Source of the DNA: Negaprion brevirostris
Taxonomy: Eukaryota
NCBI GenBank assembly: GCA_030324005.1
Contig: JARDVH010000163.1
Location: 100,512,035 to 100,576,034 of the forward strand
Direction of reading: 5' to 3'
Length of the DNA stretch: 64,000 bases
This document shows positions 1-12,624 of this stretch, in pieces; position 1 is the first letter of the stretch; each line of letters opens with the position of its first letter. The translations under genes were made by a program, and so were the position numbers. The notes beneath the pieces were generated by a model that did no database searches, was not told the DNA's origin, and worked only from the letters and a program-made list of their open reading frames with translations.

Positions 1-250
1 TCACGGCCAGGTGCCTCTGGAGAGGGAGCATGGGGGATCCATGGGCGCAGTTGACACCTTCTGTGCCTGTTGGGCACCACAGGGGTGGGGGTGCATTATC
101 GACCCTAATAATCACACTATAATTTGATGTTTTCAAGTTTCCTTTGTACTTTGATTTTGTTCAGGCTGTTGCCCCTCCTTTTGGGGAGCTGCCCCTTTTA
201 CTTTGTCCTGATTTTACTTGAGTTTGTTTATTTGGGTTTGACCTAAAAGA
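1..250 (+). mobile_element. 3' end of an L1/Tx1-like LINE (degenerate)
   Basis: Remnant LEREH...F.A.WAPQG..CII resembles the Tx1-like ORF2 C-terminus, followed by a T-rich 3' UTR. Recognised from memory. Confidence 0.55.
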
Positions 251-429
251 GGCCCATCTAATTCACAAATCCAAACCTCTTCAGACAGCTGCACTCATCA
301 ATTCCTCTTCTATCCCATTCTTCAAACTTTATTTTATCTTCTTTAATCTTTATTGTATCCCATTCTTAAATCTTTATACTTTATTCAAGCCCTTGACAGC
401 AGTCAAATGGTGAGCCACCTCCTTCACTG

Positions 430-1680
430 GAAAACATGACATGGGGCAGGCGCTAAAAAATTCCTGGGTATGTTATTAACAGGATTAGGACAGAATTTAA
501 GGTTGGGGCCTTTTAAGTATATTGGATTGGAAGTAAGGCATGAGAGTCTGATGTTACTTTACATCAACAGTCGTACTTAAAAAGTGTTAACCCTATCACA
601 GTCAATCATGCCAGGCCATTGCAAAAAGATGCAGATGCTTCCAAAGCTGAGATGGAGCAGCTGCAAAGCCTAATTGGTCCATTAAATTGGCTAAACACAC
701 AGACAAGACCAGATGCAAGTTTTGATGTTTTAGAACTGAGTACTGTAATGAAATATCCGAGTATAAAGGACATTTGATGGGCGAATAGAACATTAGAAAA
801 ATTAAAGATGGAGATAGATTTGCAGAAATTTCCATCTTTGGGTGATCCTATAACATAAAATTAATTGTTTTTAATGACGCCTCTCATGCAAACATTTGTG
901 GTGAGTTTTCAAGTACAACGAGTTTATAATATTTCTTATGGAAGAAGGTGAGAAATGTTGTCCCTTAGCTTGGGAAGCCAAGAAATTAAGAAGAATAGTA
1001 AAAAGTACCCTGACTGCTGGAACTCTTGCATTTGTTCAGGCAGTTGCCATATCATTCTTTCTATATAAAATAATAGGGGAAATTCTATATGAGGGAGATG
1101 CCAAATAACCTATAGGATGTTATTTGGAATCCTTTTGTTTCATAGAACATAGAACACTACAGCACAAACAGGCCCTTCGGCCCACAAGTTGCGCCAATCA
1201 CATCTATACCTACCAANNNNNNNNNNNNNNNNNNNNNNNNNNNNNNNNNNNNNNNNNNNNNNNNNNNNNNNNNNNNNNNNNNNNNNNNNNNNNNNNNNNN
1301 NNNNNNNNNNNNNNNNTTGTCAAACGCCTTCTGAAAATCAATAATGAGACAAAGATCCTCGAGCTGCAGTTCCAGCTCCTTAACCCGAACCCTTAGGGAC
1401 TGCAGCTCCACACACCGAGCACAGATATGGATGTCTGGGAGACCAGGAGCCTCCAGGACAGACCAGGAGCCTCCATTTCCTTTAGAATAATGTGCAGTCC
1501 ACAAAGTGTTTGAGTTAGAAGAGATTAAGAATTGTTGTTGCAAGTCTGAAACAAATGTTAAAGAATAAGGAAATCTCCAAACTCAAACTCAAGACACAAA
1601 CCGTCAAGCGTCTGATTGTTTTACCAAAAGGAAAGCTTACAGGGGGAAGTTATTTCGGGAAGCTTAGACAAAGGATGACT
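430..1680 (+). mobile_element. Ty1/Copia LTR retrotransposon RT-RNaseH remnant, interrupted by CR1 pieces and a gap
   Basis: Broken frames read GPFKYIGLEV, QLQSLIGPLNWLNTQTRPDASFDVLELS, LIVFNDASHAN, PLAWEAKKLRRIVKSTLTAGTLA and, after about 1480, KRLRIVVASLKQML and QASDCFTKR. These are Copia RT/RNaseH motifs in the expected order. Confidence 0.85.
1141..1475 (-). mobile_element. CR1-type LINE insertion (3' tail catagaa repeats, 100-N gap, ORF1-like piece)
   Basis: catagaacatagaac tail on the left; minus-strand LPDIHICARCVELQSLRVRVKELELQLEDL resembles a CR1 ORF1 start, and DFQKAFD is a CR1 RT motif. Confidence 0.75.
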
Positions 1681-2089
1681 CAAGATACGAGTTGTGAGAG
1701 TGTAGTCTGTTTCTCTTGCTTTGCCTTTGTAAAATTGTGTCTGTCAACATGTACCTCATTCAACTTGTTCCTAAATTTCCACGCATTTGGATAAGGGGTG
1801 CCTCTTTGAGTCATGCACCATAACTTGTCCTCCTGCCGCACTGTTTCCTCATGTTATTTCATTCCTCTGGTTTAATTACTTCACATCCTTAATTATTTTC
1901 CATCCTATCCCAGCTCTGATGGAGCCCATCCCAACCGTACCATCCTTCCTGTTCAAGTACTGGTACCAATGTCCCATGAAATTAAACCCCCTTTCTCACA
2001 CCATTCTTTCAGCCACATTTTCAGATGTCTGATCTGCTGATCCCTACACCAGGCTTATCCAGACACTTGTGGGGGTGGTGGTGGTTGCA

Positions 2090-2880
2090 CTGCTATAATT
2101 CAGGTCAGAAACTCAATTGTTTTATGAAGCCTGCCTGAATCATAAATTTTGCAATTTGAATTTGGTTCGGGCAAGCATGAGATGTTTCATTTCAGGTATG
2201 ATTCAAATGACCTAACTAGGGAGCTTTCATCAACAAAATTAGCGAGAACTTTTATCGATTACAAACAAAAAACAAAACAATCACTATAATGTATAATCCT
2301 TAACAAAGATATTTAATGCATTTCAATCAAACCAAAACCCTTGCTGTAGGCAAAAGCCTTTTAACAGGTTCAATACAGCAGAGTCTACTGCTTATGTGAT
2401 AATGGAAATTGAGTCCTTTGGTTGAAATCTGCAGTTCTTTGGGTTCACTCTGAATAATTTGAAGACAAGACATCTTTCCAAAGACTCTGGTCCAGCCCCC
2501 AACAACAGAAGATTTTCATCCTTCAGAAAAACAACAGAATTTCCAAAGAAAAAAACAGGGAGAGGGAGAGACTTCTCTTTCAGATCGCTGTCCCTGTTAA
2601 AACTCAACTCTAACTCAGAACTGAAAATGAAACTTTAAACTCACTGGGGAAAAAAACCAGTCCGAAAACACATGGCCATACTCCTAACAATGCAGGATTG
2701 TAAAACTAATCCCAGAATAAACACAAACAGCCCCATTTAAGCCACTTAAGTATCAATAAAAGAACATTTCCAGTCAAGCTGGCAACAATGACATCACTGA
2801 AACTGTGTGCTAAAAAACCAGTGAAGTTGGGAGAGCTGCAGAAATCGTGATTTATTAGAAAAAAACTTTTTAAAGCTACG
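2090..2880. repeat. Possible solo LTR / LTR-like repeat
   Basis: Non-coding, A-rich block resembling shark LTR-like repeats; termini not resolved. Confidence 0.3.
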
Positions 2881-2885
2881 TTAAC

Positions 2886-3155
2886 CCCATGGGTTCAATT
2901 CCAGCCTTGGGTGACTGTCTGTGTGGAGTTCGCATGTTCTCCACATCTGCCTGGGTTTCTTCCGGGTACTAGTGTTTCTTCCCACAGTCAAAGATGTGCT
3001 GATTAGGTGCATTGGCCATACTAAATTGCCCATTAGCATCAGGGGGACTAGTAGGGTAAATACATAGTGTTACGAGGATAACGCCTGGATGGAATTGTTG
3101 TCAATGCAGGCACAATGGGCCAAATGGCCTCCTCCTACACTTAGGGATTTTATGA
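2886..3155 (+). mobile_element. V-SINE (HE1-like) copy, 5' truncated
   Basis: B-box-like gggttcaattcc, central domain gtctgtgtggagttcgcatgttct...cccacagtcaaagatgtgc, LINE-derived tail. Confidence 0.9.
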
Positions 3156-3717
3156 TAAACATTTCAATTTTTTTTACTCATGGGGCCAAGGAGTAAATTT
3201 TAGCAACATAAGTTTAAACACAATGTTAAATATGATTTTTTATAAAAATCAATGTCAAAGCAATAAATTGATCATTTTAAAAATGCAATTAATGGCCATT
3301 AAAAAGTATCAAGCAGCACAGCTAACCAATAAAACCATAATTAATCTTTTTGCTTACAAAGCAGAATTAGAGAGTCTAGGACCTAATTCCTGGTCAGCAG
3401 ATTTGGCAGGGGGGGGAGGGTGGGTGTGTGTGCATGCGTGGGGTGGAGCTTGGTACTGTGTTCGGCTAAGGAGTTGGGTTTAATTAACTCTGGCCTTGTA
3501 ACACTGATCTTGTGTTAGCCTTGGTGGAATTCATCTTTGAGTTTCTATTCTGTAATTTAGCTTTTAGTTCCTGGTGCTTTTCAAAGTGACCTTTTACCTA
3601 CATTTCCATATTTTGTCAAATTTGACATGGATCACAACAACTGCATCCTCCCTCTCCTGCTTCAATATCCTTTCAAGCTGGGTCAAGAAACCCTACCCTA
3701 ACATCAGACATTCATCA

Positions 3718-4016
3718 GGAGGCAATGGCGTAGTGGTATTGTCACTGAACTTGTATCCTGGACATCCATGGTAATGCTTTAGGGACCCCGGGTTTGGATT
3801 CAATAAAAATCAGAAATCAAAGATCTAATGATGACCATGGTCAATTGTTGTAAAACCCATCTGGTTCACTAATGTCCTTTAGGGAAGGAAATCTGTCGTC
3901 CCTACCTGATGTGACCTGTATGTAACTCCAGATGTGGTTGATTCTTAAATACCCTCAAGGATGGCAATAAATACTGATCCAGCTAGCGATGCTCACATGC
4001 CTTGAACGAATAAAAA
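3718..4016 (+). mobile_element. tRNA-derived SINE, second family
   Basis: A-box-like tggcgtagtggt, body aaaacccatctggttcactaatgtcctttagggaaggaaatctg, tail ggcaataaat...gaataaaaa; similar to 12278-12624. Confidence 0.85.
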
Positions 4017-5247
4017 TAATGCGCTCAGTCATGCTTACAGGGGTTTCTACCTGTCCCCATAATTATTGTCTTCCCTATAACTACCACATTACACTTTCCC
4101 TCTTCCTTCTACTCCTCTTTTTGACAGTCTGCTACTCGAATGTAGCAAGTCAGCAATCTGGCTATTCTTCCGATAGTCTTTTGTCTTCACAGAAAGCAAC
4201 ATTTTGCAGATCCTTCTTCTGCATCTCACCTAGGTTTCCGTTAGTTTGCACACTATTGATCTCATCAACCCCATTTTGAACCGACTTGTCTCTGTGTGGT
4301 ATGAATGAAGTATGAAGGCAACTGCCTAAATACATCAAGTCCTCCCTTATGTGCCGTATCATCTCTGCATTCCTGCTCAGTTATTCAAGATGGGGATATC
4401 AACTGCAGATTTGTTTATTTGGGACAGTCACGATGTTCACAAGTTCCCACATTTTGCAGTCCAGACACACAACCTGCTCTGCTATGTCTTAGCCTTGATT
4501 TATACCTACCTTTTAGTTCTAAGTGTTTTTTTTCTCTTATCACACATTAACTTGCTCCAAGCACTAAATCACCAAACAAAAACTTTTATACTTAACTGCC
4601 TCAAGCTGATTGGAACCACTATAGGTACTGGAGGCAAATGCAACACCTCTTTCCCTCTACTGCACTAAATTCCCATTCTCACAAGTTTTCAACTTTTGTG
4701 CTTCTTTTATAACCATTGTTGGATTTTTATTTCACTTTTTCCTTTTCTAGCATTTTGTTACTTCTCAAATGCTGTTCACTGTAATGCCAGTTCTGTGCAA
4801 TGGTTTTATAGTTGAAAAATCAACTGTCTCATGTTTTCTCTACGGATGCAGTTAAATATCCTTGATATTTTCTATTTCTGTGTCAGATTTCCAATTTGCA
4901 GTATTTTAGCTTTTTATTCCCAGTGTTTTGTGTTGGGTTAAATGATGTGGTCTCCAGGTTAACCCAATTTTACCCAATGACATGGATAGTGCAGACAGGC
5001 TAAATCTTTCAAATCTATCACAAGTCATGATTTCCAAGTAAAATTGAGGTCACTTGCAAGAGGGCTCTGTAATTTCTGGATTTTTGATTTACGTTGGTCA
5101 TTTATATTGGTCGTTCTGTGCATGTCTAGAGCTACCTGGATCTTGAGACCGAGTTGTGCCTGATTCCCAACCCTTTCTCCATGCCGACTTCCTGAACTGC
5201 AGCACAGAGGTGGGGCTGGGAAAGCTTCAAGTGGTTCTGTCACAGTC

Positions 5248-5271
5248 CCACCACCACCACCACCACCACCA
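5248..5271 (+). repeat. (CCA)8 microsatellite
   Basis: Read directly. Confidence 0.95.
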
Positions 5272-6209
5272 ACAGCCCCCCGCCCCGAGGTGACATACTT
5301 GCTTTCTGATGATGACTCCTCCGACTTGGCTGCTCTGGCATTTTTCTTGTGCTGAACTCTGCTGGTAGCCAGTGAACAAGATGCCACCAGTGAAGGCTGC
5401 TGCTTGATGGCAGTGTTGTAGGTACAAGTTATTGCTGATTCAGTCAGTGAGAGTTGAGCTGTCATTTGAAGTAAGGAAGAAACCAACAAATACATTCTAA
5501 AACAAAACAGAGATGCACACAAGTAAATTAAAAAATAACAAATATAAGTATTTTGATAATTAATGCTAGTGTTCACAAAGGCATTGAAACCTAATAGTTA
5601 AAATCCAATTCATTTAAGCTTCAAAGAGATTTAACTAGCAGGCTGATGCATATAGATGCATTAATCTGATAATGGATCCTCTCCTCTCCCAGCCAGGCAC
5701 CCAACAAGTTTGAGGTCCAAGTTCTGCACCGTGCCTTGTGCTGCAGGTGAATTGGCCCTTGAAAAGGGAATGTGGACTATGGTCATAAATGAATAACAGG
5801 ATTTGTATTTCAAAGGTTTTTGTAAGGAATTTCCTGACACATTAATGTACCTTTTTAAAGATCTATTAAAGATTCATTAAGTTATTTTTGAGGTTTCTAA
5901 ACCGGCTGTAAATCTATATTGGCTGATGTTTGAATCAACTTATGATTTATACATTTCTCTTGATTTTAAGCATTCATCTATTTTACGGTATTACTGTTAG
6001 TATGAATGTAGTTATTAGCCTATTAACCTCAAATAACATCAAGTTTTGAGATAATTTCCAATTTGAATTTAGACTGGTAAGAATTGAAGCTATTTTACCC
6101 TTGTACCTTTAAACATAATTAAATATTAAGAATTTGAAAAATGCAGGTGCTTTCCTATGTATTAAAGCATTTGAGATTGAAAATAGTGCAATTAAATTAA
6201 AGTCCATCA

Positions 6210-6297
6210 GGCTTGGCTTCAATTCCCAGCTTGGGTCACTGTATGTGTGGAGTCTGCATGTTCTCCCAGTGTCTGCGTGGGTTTCCTCTGGGTGTCC
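6210..6297 (+). mobile_element. V-SINE (HE1-like) fragment running into a gap
   Basis: ttcaattcccagcttgggtcactgtatgtgtggagtctgcatgttctccc. Confidence 0.85.
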
Positions 6298-6774
6298 NNN
6301 NNNNNNNNNNNNNNNNNNNNNNNNNNNNNNNNNNNNNNNNNNNNNNNNNNNNNNNNNNNNNNNNNNNNNNNNNNNNNNNNNNNNNNNNNNNNNNNNNNNN
6401 NNNNNNNNNNNNNNNNNNNNNNNNNNNNNNNNNNNNNNNNNNNNNNNNNNNNNNNNNNNNNNNNNNNNNNNNNNNNNNNNNNNNNNNNNNNNNNNNNNNN
6501 NNNNNNNNNNNNNNNNNNNNNNNNNNNNNNNNNNNNNNNNNNNNNNNNNNNNNNNNNNNNNNNNNNNNNNNNNNNNNNNNNNNNNNNNNNNNNNNNNNNN
6601 NNNNNNNNNNNNNNNNNNNNNNNNNNNNNNNNNNNNNNNNNNNNNNNNNNNNNNNNNNNNNNNNNNNNNNNNNNNNNNNNNNNNNNNNNNNNNNNNNNNN
6701 NNNNNNNNNNNNNNNNNNNNNNNNNNNNNNNNNNNNNNNNNNNNNNNNNNNNNNNNNNNNNNNNNNNNNNNNTT

Positions 6775-7085
6775 TTGTGATCTTCTTGATGGACACTCAG
6801 CTGAAGGACTGATGGAAGGACAGTGCATGCAGACATATGGAAACACGCAAATTCCCCTCCAAGTCTCACACCTAGACTTGGAATTACACTGTTATGGCTT
6901 CACTGTTACTGAGTCGAAAACCTAGAACTCCTCTTCTAGCAGCACTTTGGTTGCACCCACACCACTTGGACTGTAGCAGTTCATGAAGGTAAATCACCAT
7001 CACCTTCTCAAAGGTAATTAGGGATGGACAACAAATGCAAGCCTTGTTCGTGATGCTCACATCCCATGAAAGAATTAAAAAAAGA
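6775..7085 (+). mobile_element. CR1-like LINE 3' end; tail shared with the second SINE family
   Basis: caccatcaccttctcaaaggtaattagggatgg...cacatcccatgaaagaattaaaaaa. The same family or tail occurs at 27170-27286, 35525-35710, 36255-36345, 38100-38725 and 63490-64000. Confidence 0.8.
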
Positions 7086-7959
7086 AGGAAAATGGAATTG
7101 TCTAATGTGCCTCATTATCATTAGTTTGAAGGTACAGTTGTCAGTTTACATGTTCTATATATGTGCGAGTGCAAAAGGATTAACGCTATCTTTACTGTGA
7201 TGAACCAGTCTAGATGCTTCTTCTGTTTAGCGTAGGAAGTAAAAATAATTCACACAAAAATATTTCTTCAAATACATAATTTAATGTTTCCAGGATTGGC
7301 AGCACTTCAACATTTTCAAAAAATATTCAGAATAAACTCCAAATGATGAGCCTATTCTCCACTCCTATCGATTTTATTCACTGATTTTCAAAGTTAGTTT
7401 TTAGAATTGGGTAAAATAATTTTAGAATGCAGGTTTGCAAAAGAAAAACAGGGTTTTCACCCAAGCGTTCCAGAGTTCCTGTTGGAGAAGGAAGGGAGGG
7501 GGTGGGGAAGAATAGAGCAGGAGCCAGATGCTTATTGTTTGAAAGGAAGAACTATATAACTTGATAAATCATTCTGTACACCGTACATTCTCTCTCACTT
7601 CCTAATAGCTGATTCACTTCTGTCCTCTCATTACCCCATCAAATAATGCCTTATATGATGCGAGGGAACCAGCTAGGCCATACCACCTTGGCAGCATTCT
7701 GCAGCCAACCTCTGAGATTTGCAATAATGAGCTGAACATCAACAATAGCCATCTGGCACCCAAGCTGAAGCCACTAGGTGAACTTCTCAAAGGAGTGCAC
7801 AAATTGGACAATACCTGCTAAATGATCCTGTTTGTGCTAAGAATTACATTGAAAACCAATTTAAGATTGTCAGTCAGACTCTCAGTGCTAGAAGCCACAT
7901 ATATTCACAAGCAGGACCCTATACTTTGCAGACCTTTTTTCAACTAAACAAAATCTTAG

Positions 7960-8210
7960 GGAAGAGTCATTGTTTGGTTCATTCCATGGGGCAATGTCTT
8001 GACCAGAGTCAGCCTGCCCAATTTGAATTAGAACAAAGCTGGGCAGTTAACTGTTCCATGCTGCATTCTCCATGGCAAGGCTTCCAGCAATCAGAATCTA
8101 CTTGCCGACCAGTCATTACTCTCTTCTTATGCAGAATAATTACTGTTGGAAAATTCTTCTGAGCTATCCTGATGAGTAAAAAATGTTGTTCAGCAATACT
8201 CATGTTCTGT
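7960..8210 (+). mobile_element. Penelope-type terminal repeat remnant ending in a degenerate hammerhead-like core
   Basis: Similar to 14220-14455 (gggcaatg...cagttaactgt...cattctccat.gcaa...atctacttgc..acca.tca); ends tcctgatgagt. Confidence 0.55.
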
Positions 8211-8504
8211 ACTATCAAACAACTAAGTGCAAGAATATTCAAGAGGTGCTTAGGAAAATATTAAGAGTTAAATACAGGTGAAAATATTTTTTCGCAAATA
8301 TATCAGCCATTAAAATTGCAATCATTTATAACTTATGACTTTGTCTGCATTGTGATTCTATTATCAATGACTTTGCACAAGCAGGGATAATCCATGTCAA
8401 TGATGGTCAACATTTGAAAGTACTTTGCTGTTGAGTGGAGGACTGACAGATCTGGAGAAAAGGAATGTTAATGTGGGAGTGATGGAGTGGTTCAGCTAAA
8501 GTAT

Positions 8505-8702
8505 TAGTAGGTAGTAGTAGAAGCAGGTACAATTTTGTCTTCTAAAAAGCATTTGGACACTTACATGGATAAGATGGGTATAGAGGGATTTGGGCTAAAT
8601 GTGGGCAATTGGGACTAGCTTATGGATTTTAAAGAAAAGTGCGGCATGGACAAGTTGGGCCAAAGGGCCTGTTTCCATGCTGTAAACCTTTATGACTCTA
8701 GT
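8505..8702 (+). mobile_element. CR1/HER1-like LINE 3' fragment
   Basis: gtagaagcaggtacaat...aagcatttggaca.ttacatggataagatgggtatagagggat...gggcctgtttccatgctgta...tatgactcta. Confidence 0.8.
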
Positions 8703-9589
8703 GTTTCCAAAGTACTCTGCCTGAAAGTTGGTGCTACCACCATCCTGCTTCTGCCACCTCCTCCCTGTCACTGGAACATTCTTCATCAGAGCACACAGTG
8801 TACTTGATACTGAGGCCCATCAGCTGTCTCCATTGCAAAGCTGTGCAGAATGCAGCAGATGGCCATAATGTGTGAGACTATTTGTAGACTGTCCTAAAAT
8901 AAAAATGCCATTACTGTCTAGGCATCGAAAGCAATAATTGAATCAGTGTTCGATGATGGTACTGGCGCTTCAGATCATGTATCACCTTTCCATTGATGTG
9001 TCAGTCTTGCAGAGGTATCAAAAGCAGGTATAAATAGGTTAGCCAGGCCTTGACATACTGAGAGACATTAAAGGATAAGCGACTGTCAGCACATTGCCTG
9101 AGAGTTGGGATTTATCGGGGAGTTGGAGAGGTAATGGACTAGCAAGGAACTAGCCCGGAGCAGGAGAATACAAATCAGGACCAAGGCTCAGACCTCCACT
9201 TACCTGGGAGTCGGTGAGACACATCAGTTCACTGCTTAGAACAGGCCCCACACTGAGGTCAAAAGAAGAGTACAAAAAACAAATGGTGACATCACAACAA
9301 AGTTGTTGGTTGGGGAAGGAGCTTCAAAAGTATTTTGTAGACGGTTAAGATCTATTCCATCGCAAAAGTTTAAAATAGTACAGGAATTGGTGGTGAGAAT
9401 TGTAAAGCACTTAAAAAGCAAAATAAATAATTGAGTAGATATTACAATGCATTAAAGATGGCAGGGAAGGTCATATGTCAAGGTAGCATTAGATTTTTTT
9501 GTGATCTAGGGCAAACAGTTCTGCAGTAAGTTTATTGGTTTATTACCTAAGCCATGTGCACATTGGCATATGGCAAATAACATTAGAGA

Positions 9590-11330
9590 AATTAATGGGT
9601 GGTTCGAAGACTGGCATGGGAGAGGTGGGTTTCAGTTAGGAGTGCGCTGGCACAGTGCTGGAAGAAGCGTGAGCTGCATCGTTGGGGTGGTTTTTACCTG
9701 AACCACACTGGGGCTGGTGCTCTAGTGAGCCATATAACCAGGGAAGTAGCAAGGGTTTGACACAAAATAGTGGGGGACAAGGAATGAAATTTGAGAGAAT
9801 ATGGTAGACCAAAGAAACAAGGCGAAAAGAAAGGGTATTAATGTTAGAAATAATAAACAATGTGATAGGAAGAGGTAGAGAATACAAACCTAAGAGTAAA
9901 TCAGCAATCAAGACTAGATGTAACAATAATAACAAAATTAAAGGCTCTGTATCTGCATTCAAAACAAAGCGGATGAACTGATTGTGCAGATGAGTATAAA
10001 TAAGTATGACCTGTTAACCATTGCAGAGACATGGCTGCGTAGACGTTAGAGAGTCATGACTGCGTTATGAGGTTGATTGGAATCTTTAGTTTGAAGGTTA
10101 TATAACATTTAAGAAGTCCAGGAAGCTAGGTAAAGGTGGAGGGATGGATCTGTTAATTAATGATGACTTAACAAATTAGAGAGAGATGATTTAAGTTCAG
10201 GAAACCAGGATGTTGAAGCAGTTTGGGTAGAGATGAGAAATGATAAAAGGCAAAAAGTCACACAGGGGAGTGGTGTACAAGTCAATAGTAACCACTCAGT
10301 AGGACATAGTATAATGGAGGAAATCATGGGAGTAAGGTAAAAATGATGCTNNNNNNNNNNNNNNNNNNNNNNNNNNNNNNNNNNNNNNNNNNNNNNNNNN
10401 NNNNNNNNNNNNNNNNNNNNNNNNNNNNNNNNNNNNNNNNNNNNNNNNNNNNNNNNNNNNNNNNNNNNNNNNNNNNNNNNNNNNNNNNNNNNNNNNNNNN
10501 NNNNNNNNNNNNNNNNNNNNNNNNNNNNNNNNNNNNNNNNNNNNNNNNNNNNNNNNNNNNNNNNNNNNNNNNNNNNNNNNNNNNNNNNNNNNNNNNNNNN
10601 NNNNNNNNNNNNNNNNNNNNNNNNNNNNNNNNNNNNNNNNNNNNNNNNNNNNNNNNNNNNNNNNNNNNNNNNNNNNNNNNNNNNNNNNNNNNNNNNNNNN
10701 NNNNNNNNNNNNNNNNNNNNNNNNNNNNNNNNNNNNNNNNNNNNNNNNNNNNNNNNNNNNNNNNNNNNNNNNNNNNNNNNNNNNNNNNNNNNNNNNNNNN
10801 NNNNNNNNNNNNNNNNNNNNNNNNNNNNNNNNNNNNNNNNNNNNNNNNNNNNNNNNNNNNNNNNNNNNNNNNNNNNNNNNNNNNNNNNNNNNNNNNNNNN
10901 NNNNNNNNNNNNNNNNNNNNNNNNNNNNNNNNNNNNNNNNNNNNNNNNNNNNNNNNNNNNNNNNNNNNNNNNNNNNNNNNNNNNNNNNNNNNNNNNNNNN
11001 NNNNNNNNNNNNNNNNNNNNNNNNNNNNNNNNNNNNNNNNNNNNNNNNNNNNNNNNNNNNNNNNNNNNNNNNNNNNNNNNNNNNNNNNNNNNNNNNNNNN
11101 NNAGACAGAGATGAGTAGTATCTTTTTCGGAGTGTAGCCTTTGAAACACTCTTCCTCAAAGGGCAGTGGAAGCAGATTCTTTGAATATTTTTAAGGCAGT
11201 GCTAGATAGATCCTTGATAAACAAAGTGGTGGGAGGAATGTGGAATTCAGATCAAAATCAGATCAGCCATGATCTCGGGCTCGAGCGGCCGAATGTCTAC
11301 TCCTGCTTCCGAATTCGTATGTTCGATTGT
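9590..11330 (+). mobile_element. CR1 LINE: ORF1 end, endonuclease start, gap, 3' end
   Basis: YDLLTIAETWL, RKLGKGGG..LLI and VEAVWVEMRNDK are APE endonuclease motifs; 3' end gatcagccatgatc...tactcctgct. Confidence 0.85.
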
Positions 11331-12277
11331 ACAGTCATTGTGATAGCAGTCAAGAAAACAGGCATGGACTCAAAGTGAGCATTATGAATCTAATTTTTGT
11401 AGGCATGATAAAAAAATCTTACTAATATTGTTGACATCATGTACTGGAACTTGTAAAAGTTGAAATTGAATGGTACACACAATGTTTGGTGAGTTGAAAG
11501 TGATTTTCAGATACTACCATAAAAAAGACCCAAAGTTTTGTCACTACCTTTCTGCAGAAGGGCATACTCCCCTGGCTCTATTTCTTGAGTGAGCGGAAAC
11601 AGTGAGCAATGGAGCAGAGGCCAGAGAGGTTTGGAACAAAATTAAGAGGTGGAAACTAGAACAACTCAGATCAATGGTACTTGGCCCAGACTAAGGAAAA
11701 ATGTTCAAGCAAGTGAGGGAATGTAACTCTGTTGCATCTTCTACAGTCCCACCAATCTCCCCAAGATTGGACCTGTCCCTCTAAGCCAAAGGACGAGTTT
11801 GAGTCTATAGCATGCACGGCAACCATTTAAATTCCACAAAAACTTCAGCACAGACTCCAGCCTGCGGATGCAATGAGAGCTCACTTCATCCTCAACAGAG
11901 CTGATAAAATGCCTTGTTCCCAGATAAGCTGCCTGTGCCCCTGCCATAATTTCCTGCTGCTACTCAGTGGTAGTGGGTATGTCATCAAGTGCACGAACTT
12001 GCTCCCTAACCCAGCTTAGTTGCCAATTTCAGTGCTGGTGCATGAGAATGATTCAGCTGACGATGGTGTCTCCTGAAAAGAAATCAAATCCTGAAATGTT
12101 TTTTTCTGTAGCTATTAAGGTGGACCTCTAGAAGAAGATTAACATAATGCTGATAACTTGGACAGTAATGAGTGGCATGCATTGAAATGCACATTAAGGC
12201 AATTAATGCATAATTGTGCATTTTTCTGAGATCCATATAAAGATCCATATGATGTTATGGAGATCATTTTTGTAACA

Positions 12278-12624
12278 GGGGAGGCCATGGCCTAGTGGTA
12301 TTATCGTTAGACTAATCCTGAAACTCAGCTAATGTTCTGGGGACCTGGATTCAAATCCCGCCACAGCAGATGGTGGACGTTTAATTCCAGATTTTTTTCT
12401 TATTGAATTCAGAATCTACTGATGACCATGAAACCATTGCCAAATGTCAGAAAAACCCATCTCCTTTAAGGAGGGAAATCTGCTGTACTTACCTGGTCTG
12501 GCCTACAAGTGACTCCACAGCCACAGCAATGTGGTTGACTCTCAACTGCCCTCCAAGGGATTAGGGATGGGTAATAAATGCTGGCAAGCCAGCGACGCCC
12601 ATGTTCTGTGAATGAATAAAAAAG
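12278..12624 (+). mobile_element. tRNA-derived SINE, second family, near full length
   Basis: A-box tggcctagtggt, B-box ggattcaaatccc, CR1-like tail gccagcgacgcccatg...gaatgaataaaaaa. Confidence 0.88.

Noticed and set aside
1441-1475. Tandem duplication gaccaggagcctcca x2
   Set aside because: Short junction duplication at the edge of a LINE insertion; no sign of function.
6109-11159. Long ORFs of 180-330 aa in the ORF track (also 48209-48715 and 57667-58678)
   Set aside because: They consist almost entirely of X residues from N gaps.
11530-12260. Possible further Harbinger/Myb remnant on the minus strand
   Set aside because: Too degenerate to support with any specific motif.
12278-12365. 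tRNA-like sequence with A and B boxes (also in other SINE heads)
   Set aside because: It continues into a SINE body and has no clean cloverleaf; not a tRNA gene.
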